Both the position numbers and the translations under genes were made by a program. Below, piece after piece: positions 1-14,084 of a stretch of DNA of 64,000 bases. The stretch lies in NCBI GenBank assembly GCA_951406725.2, contig OX597820.1, positions 72,664,001-72,728,000 on the forward strand, given 5' to 3'. Origin of the DNA: Octopus vulgaris (taxonomy: Eukaryota). Below the pieces are notes generated by a model. It ran no database searches. It worked only from the letters and a program-made list of their open reading frames with translations, and was not told the DNA's origin. Each line of letters starts with the position of its first letter. Within the stretch, counting starts at the first letter, position 1.

Positions 1-530
1 AGATATAAAACTTGAATTCTGTATAACATATCGAATGATAATTTTTTTTTTAAATTTGAAGTAAAACTATAAAATGGTGTTTGTTTGAGAGATAAATTAA
101 AAACTACTACTTTTGATGAAAGTTTTTAATACAACAATTATTTTGCACACATGTATATCTTTCTGAGGAGTTTTGATATTGATTTCCTAATATTAATGAT
201 AATATATTATTAAAAAATATATATGTGTATAATCACTAGTATTAAATATAGAAATACTTTAATAGATGACCTGGATATATATACGTGTACGTGTTTGTGT
301 GTATGTGTTTGTCTCCATCCCCCACCTACCAGTACTGCTTGACAACCAGTACTGGTGTGTTTACATCCCCATATCTTAGTAATTCAGCAAAAGAGCCTGA
401 TAAAATAAGTAGCAGGTTTTAGGAAAAAGTCCTTGGGTTGATATTTTGTTCAACTAAAACCCTTCAAGGTGGTACCCCAGAATGGCCACAGTCAAATAAC
501 CGAAACAAGTAAAATATAAAAAGATAAAAG

Positions 531-575
<45 letters not shown>

Positions 576-1118
576 TATTTCTTTTAATTTCTGTTCATAT
601 TCCTTTTCTTTTTCCTGTTATTTAATTTTTTCAAAAGTTATTTGGTGACCCCAGTCCATGCTGCAATTATAGAAACCATGTCAAAGCTTGATGAAGACCA
701 GGGGCTTGATGAATCCTGTCAAACTCCTGCTAGCATGGAAAATGGATGTTAAATGATGATGATGATACATGTGTACTGTATATATATGAAGGTATGTATA
801 CACCCACACACACACCTATATATGTATGTGTGTGTATGTACGTAAGTATGTATGCGTGTGTGTGTGTGTATATATATATACACACACACACACAGATATA
901 TATATATATATATACATACATATATGTATTTCTTTTATTTGTTTCAGTTATTTGACTGTGGCGATGCTGGAGCACCGCCTATAGTTGAGGAAATCCACCC
1001 CAGGACTTATTCTTTATGAGCCTAGTACTTATTCTATCAGTCTCTTTTGCCGAACCGCTAAGTTACAGGGACATAAACACACCAGCATCGGTTGTCAAGC
1101 AATGTTGGGGGGACAAAC

Positions 1119-1150
<32 letters not shown>

Positions 1151-2410
1151 GATGGGCTTCTTTCAGTTTCCGACTACCAAATCCACTCACAAGGCTTTGG
1201 TCAGTCCGAGGCTATAATAGAAGACACTTGCCCAAGATGCTACACAGTGGGACTGAACCCAGAACCATGTGGTTTGTTAGCAAGCTACTTACCACACAGC
1301 CACTCCTACGCCTATGTATATTATATATGTGTGCGTATGTATGTATATATATATGTTCATATATATATATGTATATATGTATGTATATATATATGTACAC
1401 ACACACACAAGCAGGTATATATGTATATATGATATATGTATATGTGATATGTAAATGTGAACTAATATACTAAAAGCCATCATTGTATAAGTACCAGTAT
1501 CTCTAAACAGACATCTGTCATCTTTTTTTTTTAATCTTTGTTAACAGTTCACTAATTAATTGATTAAAAAAACGTTTCTTTTATGAATTGGCAAGAATTC
1601 AGGCAAAGTGTATTGAGTAGCAACAAGAATTAACACTAGATTAATTGGACTGTAATAAAGAAGTATTCCTGGAGGTGAAATTCACACATCATTCTAACCA
1701 GAATTAAATCCACTCTATAGTTTTTAGATGGTCATTTAAGGTCATATGATGTAGACACCTCTGATTTGACCCCAGTAAGTTTTGAAAATCGATTAAAGCT
1801 ATTCATCATTTTCTAAAGGATTGGTCAAATGATATAAACATCTCTGATTCAACTCCAGTAAGGGTCAATAATTGATTAACTCACCAGAAATTATTTTCAA
1901 CATATTGTTTATCTTACCATGTTTGTTTTTGACTTTTACTTCACTGCATCTAAGCTATATTAATAGATGTATGTTGTATATATAGAAGTCCTTAGTATGA
2001 CTTTAATCTGCATCCTTTGGTGGGACCCTGATTCAGGAGTTCCAGAGTGCCAAGTAGTGTATAACCATATTGTAGCCACTATTGTTCTTAGGTCCACCCA
2101 GACCTGGGTTAATAGCACTTGTCAGGGTCCCGGTACCAGTCAGGGTAATTAGCATATCATGGAATTGTCTCTGGAAGAAGTTCTCTCACAAACACCCCAA
2201 AGAGGCCCTTAAGCTCTTTGGCTGTTCATCTAAGAGAAGGTAACTCTATACAAATTCTACATCTTGACATCTACTGGGATCATGGCACTTGTTGCACCAG
2301 ACCAGTACAAGTTTGAAAATTAAGAGAGTGGGACTGGCTCTGCACAAATTATGTCCACTAAAATAACAAGACACTGCTTCCTTGTGGGGTAATTTATTGA
2401 GCATTTAAAA

Positions 2411-2620
2411 TAGTGGCTAGCTGGCAGAAACATTAGCACACCGGGTGAAATGCTTAGCGGTATTTTATCTGTCTTTATGTTCTGAATTCAAATTCTGACG
2501 AGGTTGACTTTGCCTTTCATCCTTTTGGAATTGATAAATTAAGTACTAGTTACATATTGGCATCGATCTAATCAACTGCCCCTCCCGAAAAACCTTGTGC
2601 CAAGAGTAGAAAAAAAAAAG
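2411..2620 (+). mobile_element. SINE family B copy with a 20-bp TSD
   Basis: AATTTATTGAGCATTTAAAA is exact at 2391-2410 and 2621-2640. Body gctggcagaaac.ttagc...ttcaaattc...gactttgcctttcatcctt. Confidence 0.92.
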
Positions 2621-3329
2621 AATTTATTGAGCATTTAAAAAGACTAAGGGAGTAAACACCTACAGAAAATTTGGAAGAAGGGACTCTAAAGCAGATATGT
2701 ATAGTTATACATAACCAGTATATGTCATACTTTGTAGCTCCATGGATGCTACAAATGTATTGACTTGTCTTTCCTTCATGGCATATCCTTGAGTAGAGGG
2801 GTGGTAAGTGTACATGGGGCTTGGCCTTTGCTTCTGTAAACAGCTCAGGCACAGCAGAAGTGGGTAAGCTACTGTGTCTGAAACTACTGTTAACCAACAA
2901 TGAAAATGGTTAACTCGTGTTGAGGGATGGATATCTAGACTGTGGAATCCCTCTAAATACACACTACTAGGAATTTAGAAATTGATATGGTTTTGTATTG
3001 GATTGGATAGGATTGGATTGCCCATGTTCAGCTCACTGCAGGATGTAGGCCTCAGCATGTTTGCTCCTCAAGAGAATGCCACACTGGCTTGACATGACTT
3101 GGCAAAGAGATGCAGTTTTTATATTCATGCCCAGGAGTAGTTAAGTCAATTATATCAACCCAAGTGCTCAGCTAGTATTTATCTTATCGATCTTGAAAGG
3201 ATGGAAAGCAAAGCTGACTGCGGTGGAATTTGAACTCATACTATAAGGACCGATAAAATACTGCTAAGCATTTCACCCAGCATGTTAACGATTCTGCCAG
3301 CTTGCAACCTCATACCAACATATACTGGT

Positions 3330-3587
3330 GATGCAGATAAGGAAATACTTTATTCTCAAATGCAGAATAATGCTGGCAGAACAGCAGGAACGGGATAAAA
3401 TATCCTGTCAATGGGCAGTTTAGCTTAATGGTAAAGCACTTGACCAGTAATCACAGTGATGTGAGTTCGAGTCTCATGGCTGGCTGCTGACAAAATTTTC
3501 CTGCAAAATATGGATATTTTATCCTGTTCCTGCTGTTCTGTCAGCATTGTTCTGCATCTGAGAATAAATTATCTCCTTATCTGTATC
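3330..3587. repeat. 76-bp inverted repeat pair enclosing the tRNA-like sequence
   Basis: 3330-3405 is the reverse complement of 3512-3587 with about 7 mismatches. Confidence 0.92.
3414..3485 (+). pseudogene. tRNA-Thr(AGT)-like pseudogene or SINE head
   Basis: D arm GCTT-aatggta-AAGC, anticodon loop CC-AGT-AA, T arm GTGAG-TTCGAGT-CTCAT. The acceptor and anticodon stems are imperfect and position 33 is C rather than U. Confidence 0.65.
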
Positions 3588-4689
3588 TTTCAATACATCT
3601 CAGTGCTTCTAAAAGCATACTTTGTTTACATTTATCATAATTTGAATTTAATATATTGGTACGTTATTTAAGATTAATATGAATTTGTAATCTTCTTCAG
3701 CATTGTACTATTTAAATACTGACAGTGATGGAGATATGTGCTCACTACAGACAAAAGAATGCTGAAGTAGATTATAACTGCTACCTGTTTTTATCTTGAT
3801 GCTATTGGCTGAGCAAAATGCTTTAAGGTAGAATACACCTCATGAAGCAAAATTGTCTTTTCAAATCTTGGTTCCCTGACAACCTCATCATCCATTTTCA
3901 TTGTTTTAACATCCACTTTTCCATGCTTGCGTGAATCAGACAGAGTTTGTTGAGGCAGATTTTCTATGGCTGGACTGGATGCCCTTCCTGTCACCAACCC
4001 TCACCTGCAAGGTAATGTTTCCCCATGATTTTGCAGAATATTGGAAATGAAGAACATTGCTTGCATGATACTGACACTCATTAACAACTACCACATGACA
4101 TCAAGGCAGGGAGTCACACACAAACACATGCACATACTCACACACGAACTCACACAAGCAAACACATATACACACACTCACACACAAACACATACATACA
4201 CTCACATACACATACATAACCCCCCCACACACACACATATGCACATACATAAACACACACAGACACATAGAAACACTCACACAAACATACACACACTCGC
4301 ATACTAACACACACACAAACACATACTCACACACACACACACATACACACACACACACACACACTCACAAACACATACACACAAACACAATCACACACAC
4401 ACATGTCAAGCTTTTTTCAGTTTCTGTCTACCAAATGCACTCACAAGGCTCAGTCAGTCCAAGACTATAGAAGACACTTGTCCATGGTGCTCTGCAGTTG
4501 GACGGATTCAGGAACGATGTAGTTGGGAAACAAACTTCTTAATTGCACATCCACAACTATAAGTATTCATTGTTAAGTAATGAACTTCAATGGAAACATT
4601 TTGAGATAAAATCCATGCCACACTCCTTCAAAAACTATTTCCAATATGAATTACATTTGGAGCTTATTCAAAAAAATTTTACAATTTTA

Positions 4690-5100
4690 TAGGCGCAGGA
4701 GTGGCTGTTTGGTAAGTAGCTTGCTAACCAACCACATGGTTCCGGGTTCAGTCCCACTGTGTGGCATCTTGGGCAAGTGTCTTCTGCTATAGCCCCGGGC
4801 CGACCAATGCCTTGTGAGTGGATTTGGTAGACAGAAACTGAAAGAAGCCTGTCGTATATATGTATATATATATAAGTGTGTGTGAATATGTTTGTGTGTC
4901 TGTGTTTGTTCCCCTAGCATTGCTTGACAACCGATGCTGGTGTGTTTACGTCCCCGTCACTTAGCAGTTCGGCAAAAGAGACCGATAGAATAAGTACTGG
5001 GCTTACAAAGAATAAGTCCCGGGGTCGATTTGCTCGACTAAAGGCGGTGCTCCAGCATGGCCGCAGTCAAATGATTGAAACAAGTAAAAAGAGTAAAGAG
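4690..5100 (+). mobile_element. tRNA-derived SINE family A, complete copy. Others: ~928-1312-, 10710-11490+, 18430-19525-, 19925-20570-, 23120-25770-, 38897-39300+, 45920-46625+, 47345-47830-, 48990-49400+, 54125-54938+, 57422-58220+
   Basis: Head GGAGTGGCTGTTTGGTAAG...GGGTTCAGTCCC (A/B boxes), CTTGGGCAAGTG core-like block, central (TA)/(TG) microsatellite, tail ending GAAACAAGTAAAAAGAGTAAAGAG. Confidence 0.88.
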
Positions 5101-5365
5101 TAATGAACTGTCTCATTATCAAACTATTGTAATCACCCTTTCTCTCTCTCTCTCTCTTCCACAATTTCGGGAAAGAAAAGAGAGAGAAAGAAAATAAGAT
5201 TGCTACAACTACACCGCTTCCATCTTATTTCTTTCTCTATATTCATTCCTGGAGACAATAGAATGTGATTCAAGGGATATGTGGTAACTACTCCTTGGAA
5301 TTCTTCTAGTTTCCTCTTACAACACAAATGGATGCAGTTATATCTATCCTAAAAAGACTAACTCA

Positions 5366-5403
<38 letters not shown>

Positions 5404-6274
5404 GTGGGTTTTAAAAAATAATAGCCACCAATGAAGCTTGAACATAACTGAATATTCACAATTTACTTTTTACCAAGTACTTACATGTTTTTACAACAAT
5501 GATCAGGTGAATGTTTACATAATAATTTTTATGTTTAGGTAAATATTTACACAATAAGTGTATCTTGGTGAATATTTAAGTAAATATTTACATTTACATA
5601 GCAACAGTGACTACAACAAAACAACATTGGTATATAGTTAAAGGGACATACTTATTATAGTATTACACCAGTTTTTCAATGAACATTATTTTCAAATCAA
5701 CATTTACCGTTTATTCAGAACTGGTTTGAATTTTTTAATGAATCTCTTTTACTTTTCTTTTAATTTCATTTGAAGTATAAGTTTTATGAAATAGAAATAT
5801 TGGGAATTTTTTGTAGCATATTTCTAAATAACTACTTAAAATAATAGATCTGGGTCCCTAATTTTTTGCTGTTGTATTTACATACATTCTGATAATGACT
5901 CTCCAGTTTGGCCAATATATTATTTTAAAATTTATGTATTTAGCAGAGTATATTAGATTTCATATTAGTTTCAATATCTTTGAATCAAATTTGTTAATTT
6001 TCAGACAATGGATTTAATCATCAATTAGAACTTAATTATCAATTAAATGCTTCTTCAAGGCAAATGACAACTAAAAGACTTGAAATAATTGTTGACAAAG
6101 ACTATGTTTGATTTAAACAGCAGTGACAAAAAAATTCACAGTATCTGAGTGCATTGACAAAGGATGCGGTACATGTCAAGTTATACATGCTAGTCTTTAT
6201 ATCAACACAAAGCAAAGAGTAGATGACAAATATGAACAAATGCATTAACTAATACACACTCTCTCTCTCTCTGT

Positions 6275-6306
<32 letters not shown>

Positions 6307-6509
6307 TATCAGTGGTGTATGCTACATGAATGCCATGCATGCAATGCAAACCTAAGATATATGAATAAATGTGTAACACATCAGATTTTAATGCAATTCT
6401 TTCATTTTTATAAGTGACAGTTGAATGAAGGTACACGCATGCTGTATGTAGTCAAATTATAAGGTTTTTATTTTAAAATTGCATGCTCGTTGTCTTAAGT
6501 ACCAGGAGC

Positions 6510-6795
6510 CACCACCATCTTCATCATCATTGTCGTCATCATCATCATCATCTTCATTGCCATCATCCTCATCATCTTCATCATCACTGCCATCATCATC
6601 ATCATCACCGTCATTATCATCTTCATTGTCATCATCATCATCATCATTATTGCTATCATCGTTCTCATCATCATCATCATCTTCGTTGCTATCATCATCA
6701 TCATTGTTGCCATCATCATTGTCGTTGCTGTCATCATCATTGATATCCTCATCATTGGCATCACCATCATCATCAACATCGTCACCATCATCATC
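6510..6795. repeat. Degenerate (CAT)n trinucleotide repeat; (CAC/TAC)n at 26295-26450
   Basis: catcatcat with ctt/cgt/tgt interruptions. Confidence 0.95.
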
Positions 6796-7685
6796 TGATA
6801 TCCACTTTTCTATGCTTATAAAAAGGATTTTATATACATGTGCGTGTTATTCAACCCATGCCTGCATAGAAAACAGAGGCTAAAGGAGGAGGAGGATGAT
6901 GATGATGACATACATACATACAGCAAACTTCTGTCAGGTTTCCTTCTACCAAATTCCAGTCACAAACCTTAAGTCAAGTCTGCATATCTTTGGATTAGAA
7001 ACATGTACAATATGATCATACAGTTACTTTGGAAAGTTCTGTGGAATGATAGCAAATTGCTACAACAAAGTGAAGATATTACCAGTCGATGGCTTGATTT
7101 TATTGGCTAAAAGCAAAAGGTTTAGCATTATTTAGATCTTCACTTGCATCCACTGAATCCAAACCATTTCTCTAAAATCTTTTATCGTTAATTTGTTTCA
7201 GTTATTAGAATTTTAGTTGAACGAATCGACAAAATACAGCTAAGCATTTTGCCCGGTATGCCAACATTTCTGCCAGCTTGCTGCCTTTGGGCTTCTTTCA
7301 GTTTCTGTCTACTAAATCCACTCACAAGGCCCAAGGCTATAACAGAAGGTACTTGTCCAAGGTGCCAGCCAGTGAGACTGAACCTGGAACCACATGCTTG
7401 GGAAACACATGGACGCTCCTCCAACTTTTACTAAGACACAGTGAAACTTACCAAGGACCTTATAATCCAAAGCATGTTTGCCTTTTTTTTAAGTTGATAG
7501 GATTTTTGTTTGCGAGACTTGGGAGAGGAAGGTCCTCTTTCTGAGAAACATGATGTAGTGCAACAAAATATGAAATAATCTTCAGGCAGAGCTGAAAATG
7601 TGGGAAGCTGGAAAGATATCCCAGATTCAAGAAAATGGACTGAAGTCATCGATGGTCTGTGCACCATTGGAAGTGAAGAGCTTAG

Positions 7686-9936
7686 CCCTCAGAACTCCAG
7701 CGGCCACTATTCCAGCTGCAAGCCACTGATACAAATACCCCAGCTTTACTGGCTGTCACATTGTCACATATCATTTAACAACTCCTTGGCCAATTAGCAA
7801 CATTGTTGCATCTGATTGTGGCCTGCACATGCCCTATCACAGGAATTACATCCTGATGATTGAAGCTTCTCCCGCTAGTTTTTCATGAAAATGAGTTGAA
7901 AAATACTGTCTGTGAGTGATGTCTTGCATCAAGTGTTGTCACCTGATGAAGAGGACATTGACAATGATTTAGACCCAGAAGGTGATAGCTATGATCTTGA
8001 CGATTATGCTGCTGTACAAAATGCACAGCCACCAGAAAATATGCATGGTGCAGTGCCTGTTGGTTGTCAGAATAGGAGGCATGTTCATGGTAGGAATGGT
8101 GGGAGCACTCCATGTGGCAGCCAGCGAAGTGGTAGGATGGCAGAGAGACAGACTTTTCAGAGTACCAATTTACACTAAATAATCCACATGGGCCCAGGAA
8201 CATGCCTTACACTATAAATGTAGACAGCACTCCAAATGACTATTTTAGTTTATTCTGGAATAATGACTTATGGGATATTGTACTTGAGGAAACTAAAAAT
8301 CAAGCTGAACATGTGTTTTAGACAAAACCAAATAATTTCTCAACAAAAATTTTGCATGAGAAAAAATTTACATTGAAAGAAGTGGAAGCAATTTTTGGCC
8401 TCCGGCTGACCATGGAATTGCTGGTGCACAAGGATCACTATGAACAGTACTGGCAGTCAAAGGATGCTTACTAACACTGGCCCCAAGTTTTCCAGGTCAT
8501 GAGCTGCAACAGATTTCATGCTATTTGGCCTTTATTGCACTGTGTGAACAAGGAGGATCAGAAGATTGATAGGAATGCTAGATTGCCCAAGACTCGTCCT
8601 ATATTCAATCACTTGTTTGATAAATTCAAACAACGCCAAGTGCCTGGCTGTGATTTATTGCTAGATGAAGGAATGATCCTCATGAAGAACAAGCTTTCAT
8701 TCGAGCAGTATATAAAAGATAAACCAATACTTTGGGGGATAAAATCCTTTACATTATGTGATTCTGAAAACCGATACATCTGCAATGCAGAAATGCGTAC
8801 CGGAAGGGAAGATGATGCAAATGAAATTGACAACCTTGGTGTCACAGGAAACTTAATTGGGAGGAAGACAAATGAATATGCTAGACATAACTATGCACTC
8901 TACTGGCAGATTTTATGCCTCTGTACAACTTGTGGAATATCTTGTCAACAAAGGTATTTGAATGTGTGGTACTGCCATGACAAATAGAAGAGAATTTTCA
9001 AAGACCTTCATAAAAGATAAATGAGAGGGAAAGGGGGGACTCAGAATTTTTGTTCAATGGAAATGTGGCTGTCTTAATTTGGAAAGACAAAAGACTGATT
9101 TATTTCATTACATCACTCTTTATATCATCCCTCCTAGAACATGTTCAGCGACATGATGCAAATGAACACAGAAGGGTTCTTGTCCCTTGTCCTAAGGCAG
9201 TGAAAGAATATAATGCCCACATGGGTGGAACAGATAAAAATGAGCAAATGACTTCAAAAATGTCACCATCATTACTAGTGGCCTAGACTCCTGATAGTAA
9301 AGTTTTTTATGTGGGCTGCCTACAACGCTTATGTGTTGATGGGTTTCTTCAAATGGCATCACCCCCCTGGAAAGACAGTGAACACATTTCACTTCTTTCT
9401 AGAAAAACTCTGCCAAAAACTTGTTGGGAATGCTTAAAACAAGAACACCGATATTGACAGATGATGCTCAGCTGTGCAGGATGATGGAAAGAGGCTGTTA
9501 CATGATGCACACCATGATGTGGAAAGGGCAGAAACAGCATCCAGCAACAATTATTGCAGGGTGTGCGGGGAAAAATACCAGAGGAAAAAAACAGATGAAA
9601 CTCCAGGCTGAGGACAAAGACTTACCCAAACACTGTAAGACTGTTTACAGATGGAAATATTGTGAGGAGTTCCTCTGCATTGAAAAAACCAAACAGTAAC
9701 TGCTGGTTTGAAAGGCACCACAAGCACCAGTAGTGGCGATGAAACAAAACAAAAAACAACAAGTGGTAAAGACAATGTTGCCCTCTATCTGGCATTTTAT
9801 TTCAGTATGAGAGACTGAAAACACATTTTAGTGACACTGAAACAGTATTTAAATGGAAAATAATTTCTTTGGGTCTTTTACCCAGGGAACCTGGGATGAG
9901 TGTGTTGAGGACAATGGGTGTTTGGAGTTCAAAGGG
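7686..9936 (+). mobile_element. Decayed piggyBac DNA transposon
   Basis: Left end TTAG|CCCTCAGAACTCCA and right end TGGAGTTCAAAGGG|TTAA form a 12/14 TIR with a TTAA-like TSD. It encloses transposase remnants. Confidence 0.85.
7912..9740 (+). pseudogene. piggyBac (PGBD4-like) transposase pseudogene
   Basis: Acidic N-terminus, MSCNRF...LH, LLLDEGM, YIKDKPILWGIK, CGTAMTNR, WKDKR, YNAHMGGTDKNEQ and a C-terminal Cys-rich remnant, split by stops and frameshifts. Confidence 0.88.
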
Positions 9937-12441
9937 TTAAGAAAAAGAAGAATATTTGGTTGCTGTTTTTTATCATTCGAGTTTTTATCATGTAGCGTTT
10001 TTGTAGTCTCATAACTGAGGATAAGCAGTTGTATAACAGTCTGGATACGGCATGTTTATTTTTGCTAATCTTGTTATTTTTATCAAAGTTGAAATGATAA
10101 ACACCATTTTAACTGATTTCACATTGAAAACTTTTTAAGCATTTAAAACAATAAATCCAAGCACTTAACTATCATGTTACAATCTTACCCTTGCAATATC
10201 TAATTTCTTTAGGAGAACTCTGCTGACAATTCAAACATCTTTAATACACACACATATATTCACATGCACACACACACACACTCGTATACACACATACACA
10301 CATGCTTTTATTTGCACCAAATATAGTATATGGTGTTATTTGTTAATACTAGAGAAAGTATTATTTGGTTTCAGTTGTGCTTGCTTACTGCTGAGTCAAT
10401 ATTATACTGTGTCTGTCTGTTAAGTAGATTAAACCGTCCAGCCATGTTATTTGTCTCATCACTGGCAGCGATACCACGCCAGCCTTCGGTGCTATATTGC
10501 AAGGAAAGATGTAAATTGAGATGAGTTCCAGATTATTCATGAATGCAATGAAAAATTTTGTGATAATAGCAGAACATTTGAAAATTAATGATGGAATTAA
10601 AGGAATTTCGGAAAACCAAATAACGAAAATAATGAGGAAGCTGCTTATTTCTGTGGATGCAAATTTTGTTATATTCTGTAGTAAAACTTTTTATTCCTCA
10701 CTGTCTCCAGGAGTAGGCATGGCTGTGTGGTTTAGGAGCTTGCTTCAAAACCACGGGCTTCTAGGTTCAGTTCCACTGTGTGCAGCAACTTGGTCAAGTG
10801 TCTTCAACTATAGCCCCTCACCTAGGTTGACCAATGTCTTGTGAGTGAATTTGATAGATGGAAACTATATGGAAGCCCATCGTATATGTGTGTATATATA
10901 TATATATGTTATCATCATCAACATCATTATCATCATTTAACATCTGTTGTCCTTCTGGCATGGGTTGGATGGTTTGACTGGGCTGGCATGCTGGAAAGGC
11001 TCTGCCAGGCTCCGTTCGTGGTTTTCTAAAGCTAGATGCCTTTCCTAATACCAACTACTTTGAGAGTGTAATGGGTGCTTTTATGTGCCACCGGCACAAG
11101 TGTCATTTGCGTGACACTGGTATCTGCCATGAGTGCCATTTTGCTTGGCTTGATGGGTCTTCTTCTCAAGCACAATATCATGCCAAAGGTCTCGGTCATT
11201 GCCTGCCTCCATGAGGCCCCATGCTCAAAAGGAACTCAGCCACTTTGTCTCCATGAGGCCCGTGTGTGTGTGTGAATTTTCACTGTTATGCTTGTCCGAC
11301 TCACTTCTGTACTTGATAACCAGTGTTGGTTTGTTTATGTCCCCGTAACTTAGTGGTTTGGTGGAAAAAGACTTGTAGAATAACTACCAGGTTTGAAAAA
11401 TAAGTGTTGGGGGTGATTTATTTGACTAAACCCCCGAAGACAGTATCACAGCATGGCTGCAGTCCAATAACTGAAACAAACAAAAAATATACGAGAGCAT
11501 AATTATTTGATGTTTGTCTTCCTATATTTGCATCATTTGGCCAGGTGTTCCGCTGCACAGCATCCTGTCACTTGTTGAGGCCCATTTCATCTTCTTTATG
11601 AGTTGTAACATCCTGAGATCAGCCCTCACCACATCCTCTCAAGCCTTCCTTGATTTTCTCCTTCCCCTCGAATCACTTGGTACTTCTTTACTCAACCTTT
11701 GTCTTCCTAGGATACAAAGCATTATTGCACAGCTGTTTTGGTGCAACTCATTTGGCAACACTGATCCTTCACTGAGATATCTGACATGAGATGTTTTAGC
11801 ATTTCGCTCCTGTAAAGGTTTCTCTCTTTCTTCCCTCCCTCCTCTTCCTCTCTCTGTTTATGGGTGAGGATATATTCTATTTCAAGTGTATGAGGACAGA
11901 GAAAGTGTGTACACCAATTGAATTCAATTAATAAACTGAGGTCAAATACTAGTCAGTTGAAACAGTAGGTGGGGCCCCACATCAGTGAGGGAAAACTGGT
12001 GCTCTGTAAAGCCATTGAGAGCAAGGCCCCGAAGCAGTGTGCATTCCGTTCTGGTGACCTCTGAAAACTTCTGGCATTCAGCATGCAGAATTTTTGATTG
12101 ACTGCACTTGCATTAACAAACTATTTCCAACTCTCTATCTCTTTCTTTCTTTCTTTCTCTCTCCTTTCTCCCCCTCTCTCTTTCTGTCTTTCTCTCACTC
12201 TCTTTCAGTCATTCTAACATATGTGTATATTTCTCTGTGCACACATGTGTATGTGTGTGTGTGTGTGTGCATGTGGATGTGTGTGTGTGTGTGCATGTGT
12301 GTTTGCCTCTAGTGCCAAAACAAGGTGAATGTTTGGTCAGCCAAGACAAATTGGCAGCATCCATATGTCTGCACTTAATCATTTCATTCCACACCTTATA
12401 TCTATTGATACCAGTGTAGTCTCTCTTTTACACATTACATC

Positions 12442-14084
12442 TGAGTTCACATAAAAAATTCACTCAGTAATTTATCATGATGATGATGATCATTCAATCA
12501 TCATCGTAACATCACCATCATCATCAGTCATGTCAACATTGATTATATCGCCGTCATCAGACATCATCATCGTCATCATCATCTGGAATCAATGCTCATG
12601 TTTGCTGCTATGCAGTAGCTGCACTTTGTACACAAATTGTCATGTTCATAGACACGGTTTCTATGGCTGCAATGCCCTTCCCAACGTCAACCACTTTATA
12701 AAGTGTATTGCCTACTTTTCACGGGGCACCAGCACATGTACCCCCTTTTTACGTAGCATTCTGGCACAATTTTGCCTTTCACATGGCACTGGCACATAAA
12801 CGCTAAAAGTTAAAAGATTACTTTCTGACAAAGCAATCTGATAGCTTTCAACAAATTCTGTTAAATGCTGTCATAGTTTTAATGTTTGATTTCAAGAAAC
12901 CACAGTATTTTGAGTTCAATTAACACTCTATTTATTGTTTCATAGACCATATTTCATGTTCTGCATATTCCTGAATACACTTGGTTTCTATTGGGTTTCA
13001 AATTTTGTCTATGGGGCCAGCAATGCAGGGGAAGGGGAGTATTTGATATACATTATACATCAACCACATGAACAAAAGAAAGAAGAACTAAGATATGGTA
13101 AACTGCACTTAGTACTTATTTATTATTTTTTCAGTTCATACCTTATCTCTATTCTAACTCCATATAGAAATGTATTCGTTGAACAATCCTCATTTATCTG
13201 GCATTCTAATAATTTTTTCCCATCATATATATATGTGTGTGTGTGTGTGTCATATTACCAGCAAAATTACCTCTGTATGTGTGACTCTGTGGGTGTGTAT
13301 GTGTGTATGTCTCCTTGAGTTCAGTGATAAAAAATTATAGTAATTTATCATGATGATGATGATCATCATCATCATCGTCATCACCATCATCATCAGTCAT
13401 CGTCAACATTGTTATCATCGCCGTCATCAACATCATCATCGTCATCATCATCTGTAACAACCATTTCCATGCTGGCATGGGTTGGATGGTTTCATAGGAG
13501 TTGGTGAGCTGGACACCTGCACCATGCATCAATTGTCTGTTCTGACACGGTTTCTATGGCTGCAATGCCCTTCCCAACGTCAACCACTTTATAAAGTGTA
13601 TTGCCTACTTTTCACGGGGCACCAGCACATGTACTTTTTACGTAGCACTGGCACAAGTGCCTTTCACATGGCACTGGCACATAAACGATAAAAGTTAAAA
13701 GATTACTTTCTGACAAAGCAATCTGATAGCTTTCAACAAATTCTTTAAATGCTGTCATAGTTTTAATGTTTGATTTCAAGAAACCACAGTATTTTGAGTT
13801 CTTAACACTCTATTTATTGTTTCATAGAATATTTTGTTCTGCATATTCCTTACACTTGGTTTCTTTGTTTTTTTTTTTGTCTATGCTGAATGCAGAAGTG
13901 AGTATTTGATATACATTATACACACCACATGAACAAAGAAAGAAGAACTAAGATATGGAGAGCTAAACTGCACTTAGTACTTATTTATTATTTTTCAGTT
14001 CATACCTTATCTCTATTCAATGTCCATATAGAAATGTATTCGTTGAACAATCCTCATTTAATTAGTTCTAAATTTTTTTCCATC

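Noticed and set aside
3414-3485. Functional tRNA-Thr gene
   Set aside because: Mismatched acceptor and anticodon stems and C at position 33; kept only as tRNA-like.
3650-3706. Possible minus-strand hammerhead (CTGAAGA-AGATTA...TAATCT)
   Set aside because: No GAAA after the stem and no stem I pairing.
5485-5605. Cluster of GT(A/G)AATATTTA / TGTTTAC forkhead-like motifs
   Set aside because: Consistent with a degenerate ~30-bp AT-rich tandem repeat; no evidence of regulatory function.
6479-6883. Poly-Ser, poly-His and poly-Met ORFs
   Set aside because: Different frames of one (CAT)n repeat, with no flanking domain or splice evidence.
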